A stretch of 64,000 nucleotides of DNA from Cystobasidiomycetes sp. EMM_F5. Lineage: Eukaryota. Shown here piece after piece: positions 25,225-38,888 of this stretch (the stretch's first letter is position 1; each line of letters opens with the position of its first letter). A program made the translations under genes and the position numbers. The DNA lies in assembly GCA_051047955.1 (NCBI GenBank), contig JBPGPT010000017.1, forward strand, positions 124,001 through 188,000, in the 5' to 3' direction. The notes below the pieces were generated by a model. The model made no database searches and was not told the origin of the DNA. It saw only the letters and a list, made by a program, of their open reading frames with translations.

Positions 25225-27924
25225 ATGTCCACCTCCGCGGCTGTTGCAGGTCCCAGCAACCCGCGAAAGCGTCCAGCCAATTTGAAGACCGGCGTCAAGC
25301 CAGCGTCGGCTCCGATAGAATCGTTTGGCAGGCTTGAACTGGCCCAAGCTGCGGGCGACGATGATGAGGATGGCGTGGACGAGGAATATTCGAGTGTCGC
25401 TGAATCCGATGACGACGATGAAGCATTTCCGGAAATTGATATTGGGACTGACGGCAGCGACGATGAAGACGATGAAGACGACGAGGAATTGTCTGAAGAC
25501 GAGCAAATACTGCGGGAACTAGCGGAAGAGGAAGCCCTCGAGCGAGAGCTGCAAGAGACCAGCGACTCCAGTCTATCAGATGACGAGGTGGATCCAGATG
25601 ATCCAGACGCACTCAGTCGTGCAATAGCGAAAGCGACAAGCAAGCCAGTCGAATCATTCGAAGGCGACAGCGCAGATGTCCACGCAAGCAACAGCAAAAT
25701 GCTGGGCTACGACACAAGAAATTTTCGTGAAAAGGCAGTCATTGGACAATCTGATATCACTGGCAAAGAACGCTGGACGTGGGCAGACATCGAACCTGGT
25801 TGGGAAAGCGACGAGGGAGCAGAGGAGGGCGAAAACAGAGTCGGTAACATCCCTGCCTATTTCTATGAGGGCATGCCACACGTTGGATACAGTATGGACG
25901 GCAAGAAGATACTTCGTCCTGCGAAAGGCGACGAGCTAGACAAGTTTTTGGCGACAATAGACGATCCTACAAGTTGGTGAGTGCAGATGGGCGTGATGGA
26001 TACTTGATTCTCAGGCTGATCATCTGTAATTTCTACAGGACATCCGTCGAAGACAAGTCCTTACAGAAGAATGTACAGCTGACCCCTGCGGAGTTGGATC
26101 TTATACAGAGGCTGGCCAAAGCGGAAAATCCCGACGCGAATTATGATCCCTATGCTCCGACGGTTGAGTGGTTTACTGGCAAAGGCAAAGAGATGGCAAC
26201 CCCTCTTTCTGGGGCGCCAGAGCCAAAGCGGCGATTTGTTCCTAGCAAATGGGAACACAAAAAGGTTTGTCAGAGCCTTCTGCTGAGAGTGTTTAAAATT
26301 GCTCAAAATCGATCTACAGGTTATGAAGATAGTTCGAGCCATCCGGCAGGGAAGGATCGTACCTCGGAGACCGAAAGAAGAAGATAGACCTAATTTTTAC
26401 GCTATTTGGTCTGCATCGGACGAGCCTCAGAACCTGAATCACCCAATGCATATGCCAGCGCCGAAGATGAAGCTACCAGGGCATGAAGAATCATACAATC
26501 CTCCTGCTGAATATCTCTTCACAAAGGATGAGCAGAAGGGATGGGATGAAACCGAACCTTCGGACCGGAAAATGAATTTTGTGCCTCAAAAGCACGACAG
26601 TTTGCGGAAAGTACCTGGGTATGACAATTTCATGCAAGAACGATTTGATCGATTATTGGATCTATATCTTGCGCCCCGGTCCAAGAAGCGCAAGCCAAAG
26701 ATTTTGGAAGGTGTTACGAAACCAGAAGATCTCCTTCCGAAACTCCCTGATCCCCGGGAACTGAAACCTTTCCCTACATTCTGTGCTGTCACATACGTGC
26801 ATCCTCGAAACGTGCGAGTGAGATGCGTCAGCGTAGATGTATCTGGCTCTTGGGTTCTTACTGGAGCAGAAGATGGCTGCGTCCGCTTGTGGGAATGCCG
26901 TCGCGGAAAATGCCTCAAAACATGGCGTGTGAGCGCGACTGCGCCTATACACAGTGTAGAGTGGTGTCCGGACCGTACTGGCGACAAAGGTCTGCTATTT
27001 GCCGCAAGCACTGCTGGCAAGATTATTGTTGGCGCTCCACTCGACTTTGTCTCCGCAGATCAAGCAAGTGCTCTACTGGAATATGCGCATGCCGGGTTCA
27101 GCATCTCTTCAGAAGGTCTGCCTCCGACTGTTGATGGCGTACAGTGGGCTCGAGGTGGCACTGCTGCTTCAAAAGCAGAAGCTGCCGCAGCACCGACACT
27201 TCCGCCATCAAGCAACCCGGAAGGTGACGAGCAGGAGGAGAAGCTAGAGCACAATGGCATTCTGCTACAGATAGCGGTGCCAGGCATTCCTAAACAAGTC
27301 ACATGGCATCGGCGTGGCGACTATTTGGCCAGCGTAGCTCCCGAAGCGACGGGTGGTACCTCGGTCTTGCTCCACCAGATATCGAAGCACTCCACTCAAG
27401 CGCCCTTCCGTCGACTGAAGGGACAGGTCCAAAAAGTCATCTTCCATCCGACAAAAGCGCACTTGCTGGTCGCAACCGAGCGCGCTGTGCGGATATACGA
27501 TCTCGCCGCACAATCGCTATTACGCACTCTGCTTCCTGGTGTGAGGCAAATCTCCTCTCTGGACGTGCATCCTGGTGGAGAGAACGTTCTTGTTGGTTCA
27601 TACGATCGAAGAGTCGTGTGGCATGATCTGGATCTATCAGACCGACCATATCGAACGCTTCGCTACCATCCCCGTGCTGTCCGACAAGCAAGCTTTTCAC
27701 CTCGATGGCCTCTGTTTCTGTCTACGAGTGACGACGGAACAGTGCAGGTATTCCATTCTACGGTCTACTCTGATCTGGTCACGAATCCACTCATTGTTCC
27801 CCTCAAAGTGCTTCGAGGGCATCAGATCACGGAGGGATTGGGCGTCCTGGACGCAAATTTCCATCCACGCGAGCCGTGGATCGTTTCCGCTGGCGCTGAC
27901 GGCACTGCCAAGTTGTGGATGTAG
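25225..27924 (+). CDS. ERB1: Ribosome biogenesis protein Erb1/BOP1 (BOP1NT domain plus WD40)
   Basis: NRVGNIP...PHVGYSMDGKKILRPAKGDELDKFL, PEPKRRFVPSKWE, LPGHEESYNPPAEYL, WD40 repeats, NPLIVPLKVLRGH. Confidence 0.97.
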
Positions 27925-28202
27925 GTGATAGTTAGTGTGAGTATCACTCCTGGTTGTTGTATAATTGTCAAACGCGCGATTCTGTAGGGTAATCATCCAC
28001 AAAAGTGTGGAGACATGAGTCTCTCTGCCAAATCTTCGCCTATTCACCGTTTGCGGAGTCTGCACAATTTGCCCCGTTTCCCCTTTGACATCACTGTGAC
28101 CCTTAGTGTCAATCAAAAACATGGCCATATCTTCGCAAATCTGAGCTGCTCCAGACATTACTCTGCATACATTGGAGTGACTGAGCTCAAGCCGGCTGAG
28201 CC

Positions 28203-30584
28203 ATGTCGCTGCGAATGACGCCCGCCGACGAGCGGCTCCAGCGAGCAATGGCAATGGAAGCAGCCATGGCAGCCGACGATGAGGACGATGGAGCGGGCAG
28301 TGGGCTAGGTGTCAGCACAAGGCTGACGACCGAGGGCAATGGCAGCGACAGATCCAGCGGACCCAGCACGTCTGAACCGCTCATCAACAGCGTCATATCC
28401 GAAGAGCCAGAGGACGTCGTGTACTCGAACATTCAGGAAATTATCGATGGTCTGTTTATCGGAGACTACACCGCTGCTATTGATGGAGAACTGCTCAAGA
28501 GCAAAGGGATAACGCACGTCGTCGCGGCAATGCGACAGCGATATCCGGTGCCACAGGTGTGTTTGAACCGGCACGTTTAAGAGGCAAAATTGGCTAAGTA
28601 GAACATCAGGGCATTACGATACACCGCATCCTCATTGACGACACAAGCAAGACAAATATCATCCGACATGTACGTCGAAGCTCGATTTTGTTATTGACAG
28701 CATTAATGATCGATGACCTTTGAAAATAGTTCGCTGACTGCAACGCCTTCATTCGCAACGCTCGTGAGAATGGCAAGAAGGTTCTTGTTCATTGTCAAGC
28801 TGGCGTGTCGAGAAGCACGACCCTCTCAGCGGCCTTTTTGATGGAAGAATTCGATTTGACTGCGGATGGTTGGTTATTCAGCAGAATGATACTTCGCGTT
28901 CCGCAAGACTGACTGACTGGCTCTCGTGTAGACGCCGTCCAGAAGATAGCGGCAGTGCGTAGTGTAACTTGCCCGGCAGAATTCTTCATGCATCAACTCG
29001 AACTTTACGAGCTTTGCGATTGCAATCCGGACCCTGCTACATCACCGGAGTATCGCCGCTTCCTTATGAACTATACCGCGCAAGATGTGCTTGGTGCGTA
29101 CTGCGTCAGCTTTGGCAATAGTTTCTAATTCGAATAACCCGCAGACGGTGACGGAGTTGACAATCTAATTCTAGCTTACTACCCTTCTCCAGCACCGAGT
29201 CCTCGTCGATCGCCTGGAGCACCCGATCCCTTCCTATCAATGACCCCTCTCGGCTCCAGTACGCCCATAGGCGGCAGATCCCGTCGCGGGAGCAGTACCT
29301 CCATTTCATCGCAAGAAGCGCGATCCGAGATTATCTCCCGTGTTCGTCGCGGTAGTAGCATTAGTGGAGGATTGAGCGGTTCGCTAGCCGCTTCCCTCGG
29401 CATGTCGAGTATATCGCGACGCATGTCGGAAGGGCAGCATCTCGGCGACGATTTCACTCAGATGGCACGTCGTCGTTCGTCGGCGAGAAAGAGTGGAACG
29501 GAGCGGGCAGACGAGATTAGTAAACTTCGTAGCTTACTCAACGAAAAGCATAGAAAGGAAGCTTTGGAGGTTGCAAATGCTGGAATAGCTGGGGCGACCG
29601 CCAACCAGTCTAAGCAGGGTGACACTTCGACGTTGCCTGTCGCGCCCCGTAAAAGCGCCCTCAAAGTTTCTGCTCGCAAATTACGCTGCAAGATGTGCAG
29701 GTACGTGTGTCTTTGCGCGACCAATCAATCCCGTTGACCTTGTGTCTGTCCTTTGTACAGGCGCGAGTTGGCTGCTCGCGAGCATATATTGGAGCACGAG
29801 CCTGGTCAAGGACAAAAGGCTTTTGCGCCGCATCGGCGTGATATGACGCAGCATCGTCTGGACACAGAAAAGAGACGGCAAGAAAAGGAAGCAGAGCGTG
29901 AAGCACGGCAAAAGGAGCGCAGGGCCGCAGCTGCAGAAGCTGCGGAGGAGATCCTACAGGAAGCAGAAGAAGCCGTCGAAGAGGCAAGCGACGACGAAGG
30001 TAAAGGCAAAGCGAATGTTACTATCGATGAGCTCGGTGATCAGACGATGCAAGACGCGAGCAACGACAATGGAAACAGTAACGCAGAGCGTGATCGTGTC
30101 ATGCGGGATGACGCAGGTACAAGTCAGAAGTCCACTTCCAGGGTTGCACAAGGAGCCTCTCCGCGAACACTCAACGCAAGACTTCCGCCTGCGCTGGCAG
30201 CTCTTCGAGTGGCGATGCCTGCTGCGCCTAGCAGATATGATTTTGGTGGTTCGGCGATTGACGATGATGAACCTACACCAGTGAGGGAGGGGCCTCCATC
30301 ACCGCCGTTCCTGCTATTCAGCGTCTGTACAAGCTACTTTACCGAGCCATTGAGCTGGATGAGGGCGCAGCTCGAAAATGGCGAGATTTCCGGCAAGATT
30401 ATCTGTCCCAACGCTCGCTGTGGAGCGAAATTAGGCAGCTTTGATTGGTCTGGCTGTACGTCTTCAATCCACGGCGTATATCGCGTAGACTGACTTGGCT
30501 TCCCTAGTGCAATGTTCCTGCGCGGCGTGGATTTGCCCAGGCTTCGCGCTTGCTGCCTCAAAAGTGGACGAGGTCCGAACGTGA
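28203..30584 (+). CDS. YVH1: Dual-specificity phosphatase Yvh1/DUSP12 with C-terminal zinc-binding domain
   Basis: Catalytic loop VLVHCQAGVSRS; zinc-domain motifs RCKMCRRELA, CTSYFTEPLSWM, GKIICPNARCGAKLGSFDWSG, QCSCAAWICPGF. Confidence 0.92.
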
Positions 30585-30868
30585 TTGCATTTAGCACGCA
30601 CAAAACACTCAGCAAACATGTGCACGATAATTTGGGGAATCAACGGCGAGGTGCCTCTAATGATACACGACAGACTGCACTCACATCTGGCTACATTAAT
30701 TAAGTGGAATAGCGATGAAGTCAGGTGCACGCGCAAGTTGAGTTCATCGCGGTAAAGAGACAATGCACACGCGCGATGCCACATAGCCGGCGTTGTGTGG
30801 ACGCGCATGAACATACATAAAGCTTATTAATACAGCCCGAATTCGCACTTGCAGATCGTCCAGAGCAA

Positions 30869-33800
30869 TCAGAAAGCAAACAAAGCCGCACGCTTTCTCC
30901 TGCAATAGTGATCTCATTTAGCCCTCACATGTCGTTGTGCGCAGCATGCCAGCTCACCGTCCGAAACTGTAAACGACGAAGGATGCGAAGAAAAGACCAA
31001 CGGTGATGCCTGTGGAACCGCATCAGTTTCGAGTACAGCAATACGTGCCAAACAGAAACGGACCTATTGCCACCTCAACCATCCGGAATCCGATAATCAG
31101 GCCATTCGAATACGAGCTGCCGCCTGTGCTCTCCTCAGACATGGCCAATCCACCTGCAGCCGCAATTCCAGACTGGTTGAAAACAGATGGCAGTCTCCTC
31201 AGACAGCGCTTATACTACATGATACGAGTCACGTTCTTACCGGAACCAAGAAAAGAACGCCTGGCACCATCACAACGAAGCCAGTACCCTTGAAGAGCCG
31301 CGAATAGAGGTTTCCCAGAATGCCAATAACGGTCGCGCCAAGGAAGGAGACAACGTCGGAATGGTTGAAGATGTAATGATTGGCAAGCATGTTTGTTGCG
31401 AATCCTGTACATGCTATAAAGACCATTACTGGAAGCTGTCGACTGCGTAAAGGTTGCAAATTCCACATGCTGAGAAGGAGAGAGAATGTGGGTACGAGTG
31501 CGATCAGAATAAGTGGATTGATGCCCTGCCTCCACCACTCCCACGCAGGATCGCGTGAGCACGTAATATTGCCTTGAAATAGCCCAGCATCTGGCTTGGC
31601 AGACAGACTGTTATTTGTGAATGTAAAGGTGCCGGTAAGGTCATAGGGGGAGGTGCTGTTTGACGCGCTGAAAGAGCCCTGTAACGTGTAAGACGAAACG
31701 GTGTTAAGTTGTTGATGTTGTCGCCTGGCGGCCGGATCGAAGAGATAATAAAAGTCTGATCCGACAGCGATACCGAATCCCTGTAGTAGGCTGTTTAGTC
31801 CAATCCCGACTGCAGTACTCATATGACATACCAAAAACAGCGAGTATATGACTGCATATACCATCCGTACAGAACCTGCAATAATGTTTCTAGATGCAAG
31901 CTCAAGGGATCCACACACTGCTCAGCGGGTTAGCTCAAGCTCAATCGCGGACGCCTTGTAGTACGCACAAACAGCATAACCAGGCAACACCAGTACAACA
32001 CCCGCAGAAGAGAGAGCAGGATAGCAGAAGTAATCGGTAGTAGACAGCGCTCTTGAAATGAAAGACACAAGAGTAGCGATGGAGATCCTGTATATGCATT
32101 TGTCAGCCTCGTTCGCATATGTCATTAGGTAATGTACTCGAAGATATTAGAATAAGATGCTGACTTGCGCGCCACGTGTAACTGCAGAAAGGCTAGGAGA
32201 GCACCAAAAGCGGCTGCTACCCACTGCGTACAATCAATAGGTCAGACATGATCCTCGTGCGAGGGATTGCATCCTTACAGCGTCAACAAAGCTGCCGCCA
32301 AAAGCCATTGGACTGATGATGCCGGCGCAACCGGCAGCGATCAGCACTCTCTGCCATATCTTGTAGACTGGCTGCGATTTCAACAGTCGCGAAAGGGCTG
32401 CCGAGCCCTCTTGTACGCCGACTTGGTCATGTACGACTTCTCTGTAGACGCCATGCACGCGGTGTAGTTTACCCAAGTCCAAACCGCCAGAAGCCTTGAT
32501 GAACCGTGTTTCCGAGGTATGGGTGTCCGTGTCCCCAAAGGAAGCAATTACTATGGATGGAAGGTGGACGAATTGGGCGTCGATATGGAGTACCTCTGCA
32601 GTAGCGAGCAATTGAGATTCGAGCCGATGACTGGGCGAGCCAAAAGTCATGAGTGCCCGCGCTAATTTCAATATGAAACGCTGGCGAGCAAGAATTTCTG
32701 CGAAAATCGATATTCAGGTTTGGTACCTCCGGTCAAGACTTGTACTACAAGAGATTCTCACCTGCAATGTTTTTCGCAGCAGCGACACTGTCTTTGGGTG
32801 CAGGCAATTCCGATCCTTGTCGCTTCCCCGTAAGATCGCTGTATACGGCACTCTCATCCCGGACGAATGACTTGGTACGTTTGAATACCTTTCGGAGGGA
32901 TGTCGCCGATCTCACACTGCCGGCGTCATCATCTGCGCCCATGCTGTATCTACGTGTCCGCGAGCCTACTGGAGCTAGACTTTCATTGTCGTCATCGTGC
33001 TTTTTGCGCAGCCTGGGATCGTGGTCGTCTAGATCATCTTCGCAGAAGGATGTCGCGCATGATGTCGCCGAGTTGAAGCGATCAAGCGGAGGCTTGCCGT
33101 ATCCTGGAGCGTCTTTCTTCTCGTCCCATCCGTAGTCTGGTTCACCAGCTTTCGATTGAGCTGAATCCGACTTGCGCATCGACGTACTACTGCCATAAAG
33201 CTGCAACAGGCTGGATAACACGCCCGTCGCTCTGGCCGTGTCCATCTCATCTGGCTCCCCTTTGGCTCCTCGCTTGCGCATTCCAGATGTTATATGATGC
33301 ACCATGTTGACTGCATCCCGCGTAACATCGAGTGTCTCCTGTTCCGTCTGCGTTCTACGTAAAGCGGGCTTGAGCGGTGTTGCCTTGTTCGACATTTGAA
33401 TTGGCACGGTGATGTCACCTTTGGAGGGATGTAAGGCATACTCTGGTGCGGGATTATACCGTGGGGAACCAGTTTCCATCAGTTGTGGGGCAAATGGGCC
33501 GGTCGATAGTCCATGGCCAGTGCCGGCAATCATTGAGGTGTCCCGAACATGAGCATGCGGAGGCAGATTGATGTGTCGCGACTCGACAAGCGAGTGCGTA
33601 CCGCGATCAGCGCCTTTGGCTGCATAACCTGCATATGTAGGCAAGCTGGCTCGCCGAGGTCCGCTTTCCATCTCCATGAATCTGTTCACCATTCGTGGTG
33701 ACGCAAAAACATCAGTATGTGGCTGATAATCTTTGTGACTAGCGTAGCCATGTTGACGGGCATATCTAGTATCGTCTGATTCGGGTTGTTGGGCAGCAGT

Positions 33801-34115
33801 GCGAACAGGGCTATTGGTTTGCTGCATCGCAGCTACACTTGGCTCAGCGATAACTGTACGGGGAGACACTTCGGCTCGTGTCTCATCGAACCTGCCGTTA
33901 GGCTGAAAGTGGCTGGCTGGAATGGCTTGAGCGCGCTGAGCGGCATCGTGATCTGTATGATTGAAGTATTCCTCCTGAGTCGCATCGGACCCACGAGCCA
34001 AACGCAGCGGCTGAATATTTGCCGGTGTATCGATGGGAATAGAAGATCTTTCTTCGCCTTCAAAGCGAACTCTACTTAACCTGCGTTCCCTCAGAGCGGG
34101 TCGCTGAGTTGCCAT
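30869..34115 (-). CDS. PRM10: Prm10/ThrE-family multi-pass membrane protein with long disordered N-terminus
   Basis: FILKLARALMTFGSPSHRLESQL, LDLGKLHRVH, CGSLELASRNIIAGSVRMVYAVIYSLFL, VPGVLFLVP; multiple hydrophobic segments. Confidence 0.85.
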
Positions 34116-34785
34116 CAGCGTGCAGCAGGGAGAGAATCGAAAGTTCCAGCCTAGAGAGACGAGACCAGTCCAAACAGTGTTTAGCCGGTTCCGACGACTC
34201 AGATATATAGTCTTGCTGCGATTGGAGTGTGCCAAAACAGAGGCGGGCAGGTCAACCAGCCTGCCCAGTCGAACGACACTACCCGCCCCCGGTAGATAGA
34301 TAATACTGCTTCGTCATTCAACAACTACCTGCAAAGAACCTACCCATGACATACACCGCTGATACCACTCATGGGGCGGTTGCAGCAAATCATCTGTGCA
34401 ACCATGCTCAGCCCGTCGAGTCGCATTGGTGATGTCAGCATGTCAGCAGGCCTGGAGCGCAATACATTGTGCTGCAGGAAGTGTTCGAACAATGTCAGTG
34501 AATCCTGTCGTACACCATCTCGCAAGGCTGCCGAAATGCCTAGGCCGTGTTGTACGTTTGTGCCGAGTTGCATGGCTTTTCCTTCGAGCGTCATTGCCTG
34601 TACGTGATCCTGCGCGCGTCGCCTGTCTTCACAGCATTGCATCAAATAGAGTGAAATGCTGTCGCTGATGGTGGACCCGCAGAACGAAGCCAAGATATCC
34701 CGGCCGACCTGACTCCATCTGATAGTGGCGTTGGAGTCAATTCGCCTGGCTTTCGATACTGACCTTGCCAGTCGAGTGCACGAAC

Positions 34786-35659
34786 ATGTTTACCTCCGAC
34801 CGTAGCGAGCGTATCTTTACCGCTTGCGTTCAGTGCATCAAGAAGGATATTATTCCACTAACAGCGCAGGGCGTCAAAGGCGGTTCTAAGGTGTACCTAG
34901 ACACTTCCGAACACGGTTATCTGTGGAAGACTGACACAGCTCAACGACCCCAGCTTTTCGGGGCCGCTATCTTACGCCAAGATGACCTATCCAGTAGGCA
35001 CTGCGTATAACAGCCAAAGCCATACTGAGGACAATGATTATTTAACGCATAGCCGTCATTGCCGCTACTAACAACGAAATGGAGAATCCTCTCTGGCATG
35101 GGGAAGTCCACTGCATCAAGAAATTCTACGAAATGCCAGCGGAACAACGACCGCCTCCCAAAGACTGTATTTTCCTGTGCACCCACGAACCATGCGTAAG
35201 TTTTCAATTTTGCACATTACATCTCATATAGCTAAGCCCTCATGATCCTGCAGTCTTTGTGCTTGTCCGCAATAACGTGGTCTGGTTTCAACTTCTTTAC
35301 ATATTTGTTCACTTACGAGGATTCTCGGGATCTTTTCGCCATTCCGCATGATATCAATATGTGCGTCGCGTATCTTAAGGCTGCTCCACATCAGCTCATC
35401 TTACGCATCCAGCCTGGAACAAGTATATCGAGTACCGACACCGACGGATAATGCGGAGACTCTGGCGAAGCGACCCTTATACAATAAACGGAACGCCTTC
35501 TTTGATTCAGCGAGCCTCAATGATCTAGCTGACGCTGTAGAGCGTGTTCCTCAGCGCGCTGATCTCCAAGCCGCATTGGAGGGCGCGAAAGCCGAATATA
35601 ACGCGTTGTCTGAGGAATATCAGCGACATAAAGGGCAGGCTGATATCGCATTTGCTTGA
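34786..35659 (+). CDS. Zinc-dependent cytidine/deoxycytidylate deaminase-fold protein (nucleoside or guanine deaminase-like)
   Basis: Spliced motifs LFGAAIL, NNEMENPLWHGEVHCI, THEPCSLCLSAITWSG give the HxE...PCxxC signature. Confidence 0.88.
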
Positions 35660-35793
35660 ACCATGTAGAAGAAGAAATCAATCAACCATTTAGAGGAAAT
35701 AGCCAACTTCATCCTGCTCGCCACCACTATTACCGATAATTCGTCCATAGTTTTGCTTTTCATGATTTGCGTAAACCCAACCCAACGCACAAG

Positions 35794-37590
35794 ATGAAGT
35801 TTCAGGTCATCCAGCGGTCCACCGATGATACACTGCCTGCTCAGCTCGGAGCTGCAGCACCGCAAAAGCGCAATCTTGATCCGGCATTGCATCCTTTCGC
35901 TCGAGCTAGAGAATACCAACGGGCATTGACAGCGTCAAAGCTGGAGCGCATGTTCGCGAAGCCGTTCGTAGATAGCTTGGAGGGACACAATGACGGTATA
36001 TACTGCTCAAGCAGAGACCCGGACAGACTTGGAACAGTTGCGACAGGCGCAGGCGACGGCGGTAAGAAAGTTGACATTGTAAAACAGCGTAAGGATATTG
36101 ACCAAAATCGCTATACACTCAACAGACATTAGACTATGGTCCTTATCGACTCGCCAGACGCTCGTCGCCATCCCCAAGGCGCATCGTAGCATGGTCAAGG
36201 ATTTGACCTTCTTGCCAACGACAATGTCTCGCTCGAGGAGGTCCCAGAAAGCCTCGACATCAAAGCTCAAGTTAGAAGATACACTTGATACGCATATGCC
36301 AGCCGATGACGATAAGGACGAGGATAATAACGGAATTACAAGAGACGATGCAGGAGGAGTCGAAAGCGGCATGCACAGCCGTTTCTTGAGCTGTTCAGCC
36401 GACAAGACCATCAAGCTCTGGGACAGCGCAGTGTTCCACAGAAGCGCTCAAGATGCTGGAAACGTCTCGATAGCATCTCAACCTGTGCAAACATATATGG
36501 GGCGGCTTGGCTTCAAGTCAGTCCTGCTGCTTAGCTCCGGCTGCTGTCATGGCTGACAATATTTTTTTCAGCTCGGTTTCCCATCACAGGTCAGATCGCG
36601 TCTTTGCGTCGGCCTCTGATCGTATCGATATCTGGGATGAAACACGGTAGGATTCGTTTAACAACTGAGTTGAGGCGCGGCTGAAGGAGTGCCCTCTGTT
36701 TCACAGGACCGAACCCACTACGAGCATGTCTTTTGACTCGATGAGCAACATTCGTGGAAAGGGCAAAGACGACTCTATAGCAGCAGGGGACCACATTGTC
36801 AGCGTGCGGTTCAACCAGTCGGAAACTTCCGTGTTAGCCAGCGCTGGGAGTGACAAGACTGTGTGTTTATATGACGTGCGAAGTGGCAAAGCTACAAGTC
36901 GGCTGAGCTTGAATGTAAGACTGCTTTTGGTCTCACCGGTGCAAGCTAACGCTGGAGTCGTAGATGCGAGCAAACCAACTCTCCTGGAATCCCATGCAAC
37001 CTCCTATCCTACTCATCGCGTCTGAAGACAGTCAGCTCTACACGTACGACATCCGAAAGATGACGAGTGCAACGCAAGTCTTCAAGGGCCACGTTGGGGC
37101 AGTCATGTCATGTGATTGGTCGCCAACCGGCAGAGACTTCGTCAGTGGATCATACGATCGTACTGTTCGGCTATGGAAAGCTGGTCAAGGCAAGTCGGAA
37201 GACACGTATCACACTCAACGCATGCAACGTGTATTTTCGACTCTCTTCACACTCGACTCTAGATTTGTCCTGTCCGGTTCCGATGATGGCAATCTGAGAA
37301 TATGGAAAGCAAGAGCTTCTGCCAGGCTGGGCGCACTAAGCTCGAACGAGATGACCAAAATGGAATATCGCGACAGTCTCAGGGAGAAATGGAGAAACGT
37401 CGGAGACGTGGCAAAGGTGGAGAGACAGAGATTTGTACCAAAGCCGATACACAATGCTACAAAGCTTCGTCGCGAAATGGTGTCGGCTTCCAACAGAAAG
37501 GACGACAACAGACGAAGACATGCTCCAAAGAGCAGAGCGGGCGAGAAGCCAAAATCAGAGCGAAAGCGCGGTATTGCACGAGTCGAGTAA
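35794..37590 (+). CDS. SOF1: U3 snoRNP/SSU processome WD40 protein Sof1 (DCAF13)
   Basis: RNLDPALHPFARAREYQRALTASKLERMFAKPF, YHTQRMQRVF, SGSDDGNLRIWKA and the C-terminal Sof1 domain. Confidence 0.97.
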
Positions 37591-37640
37591 TCAAGCCTGT
37601 GCTTCTAGTCACGTTCTAGACTACTCTTTGTCTCTATGCC

Positions 37641-38570
37641 TCATCTCGTTGTGGCAGCGGAGTCTACGCTCGTCTTGACTGGCAAACTCATGAGCTCATT
37701 TATGCGTTCGCGTACGCCGGCTTTCCAGGTGTCCCAGCAGATAGACAGCATGACAGTGTGACGTCCATCCCCCGCATCAGGACTTCCCAACCCGTCTGAA
37801 TGCTCGACGGCAATGCCTGGCTTGCCTTCACCGACTCGTCTCTCCCACCGCAGCGTTCCCTCAAGCTCAAATCCAAATCTTTGTGCGGCTCGCACGGACC
37901 GCTCATTCAGACTATTCGCCTTCCATTGAACTCGCCGTAAGCCCAATTCTTCGAGCGCATACCGCAGAAGGAGGGAGACAGCATGCGTATTCACGTATGT
38001 GCGCTGCAATTTATAGAGCATGAGCGTGACAGAGACCAGATGTCAATGACAGTGGTGTGTGTATACGTACTTGATAGGCTGGGAAGATGATTACGCATCC
38101 AAGTTCGACGCTCAGGGCAGCAGCGTCTGCATTGATCAACGAGATCAATCCAGCTAGCGTGGGCTTGCCATACCGAGCATTATCAATGATGGCAAAGTTG
38201 CACCATCCGCGGCTTGCGAGACTTCTCTTCGATTCGACAAACGTGAGGTATTCATCGAAAGTCTTCGGCGTCGGAAACGGCAGAAACCGAAAGAGATCTT
38301 GTCCTTCGGAGCCCTCCAAGTTCAACCAGGCTTCTCGCGCATGTATCGCAGGTATGAAGGGTTCCACCCGTACAGCTTCACTCGTCAATGGCTTCACAGG
38401 ATAACAGAAGTTCTAGCCATAGATTCCACAGTTAGTTCAATTGTCGGTGTCCGTCTTGGCCTGGTGTGTATCCTAAGTACCAGATCATATTCCGATAAAG
38501 CAGTATCGATATGATATGCCGCGACAGGGAGCGCAGCGGGTTTGGCGACACCGGAGTTCAGATAGGACAT
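37641..38570 (-). CDS. GNAT acetyltransferase, RimJ/RimL-like (3 exons)
   Basis: SVELGCVIIFPAYQ RTYVNTHAVSLLLRYALEELGLRRVQWKANSLNERSVRAAQRFGFELEGTLR. Confidence 0.88.
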
Positions 38571-38888
38571 CTTCAACAGAACGTATGATGAAAAGCAAAG
38601 CTGCAGCTGCCAGCGCTCTCTTAATCAGTGCGTGTCGTCTATTTGTCGGTGACTCGGGCACCGCATTGGTGTGATCAAGCCGACGAGGGTCCGAACAAGC
38701 TGTATGTACCTAGTTCGCTTCATACCCTAGGCCTGATCTCTAACCTGACCTCTGTTATAGACCTTCGTTATATCCGCGACTCGGAACTGCCGCTCTTCAA
38801 CACATCTGATAATGCCTTTACTTGAACACATCGCACCGCTAACAGCTACAATGTATGCCACATTGGTGGTCTTTCTATTATTACGTCT

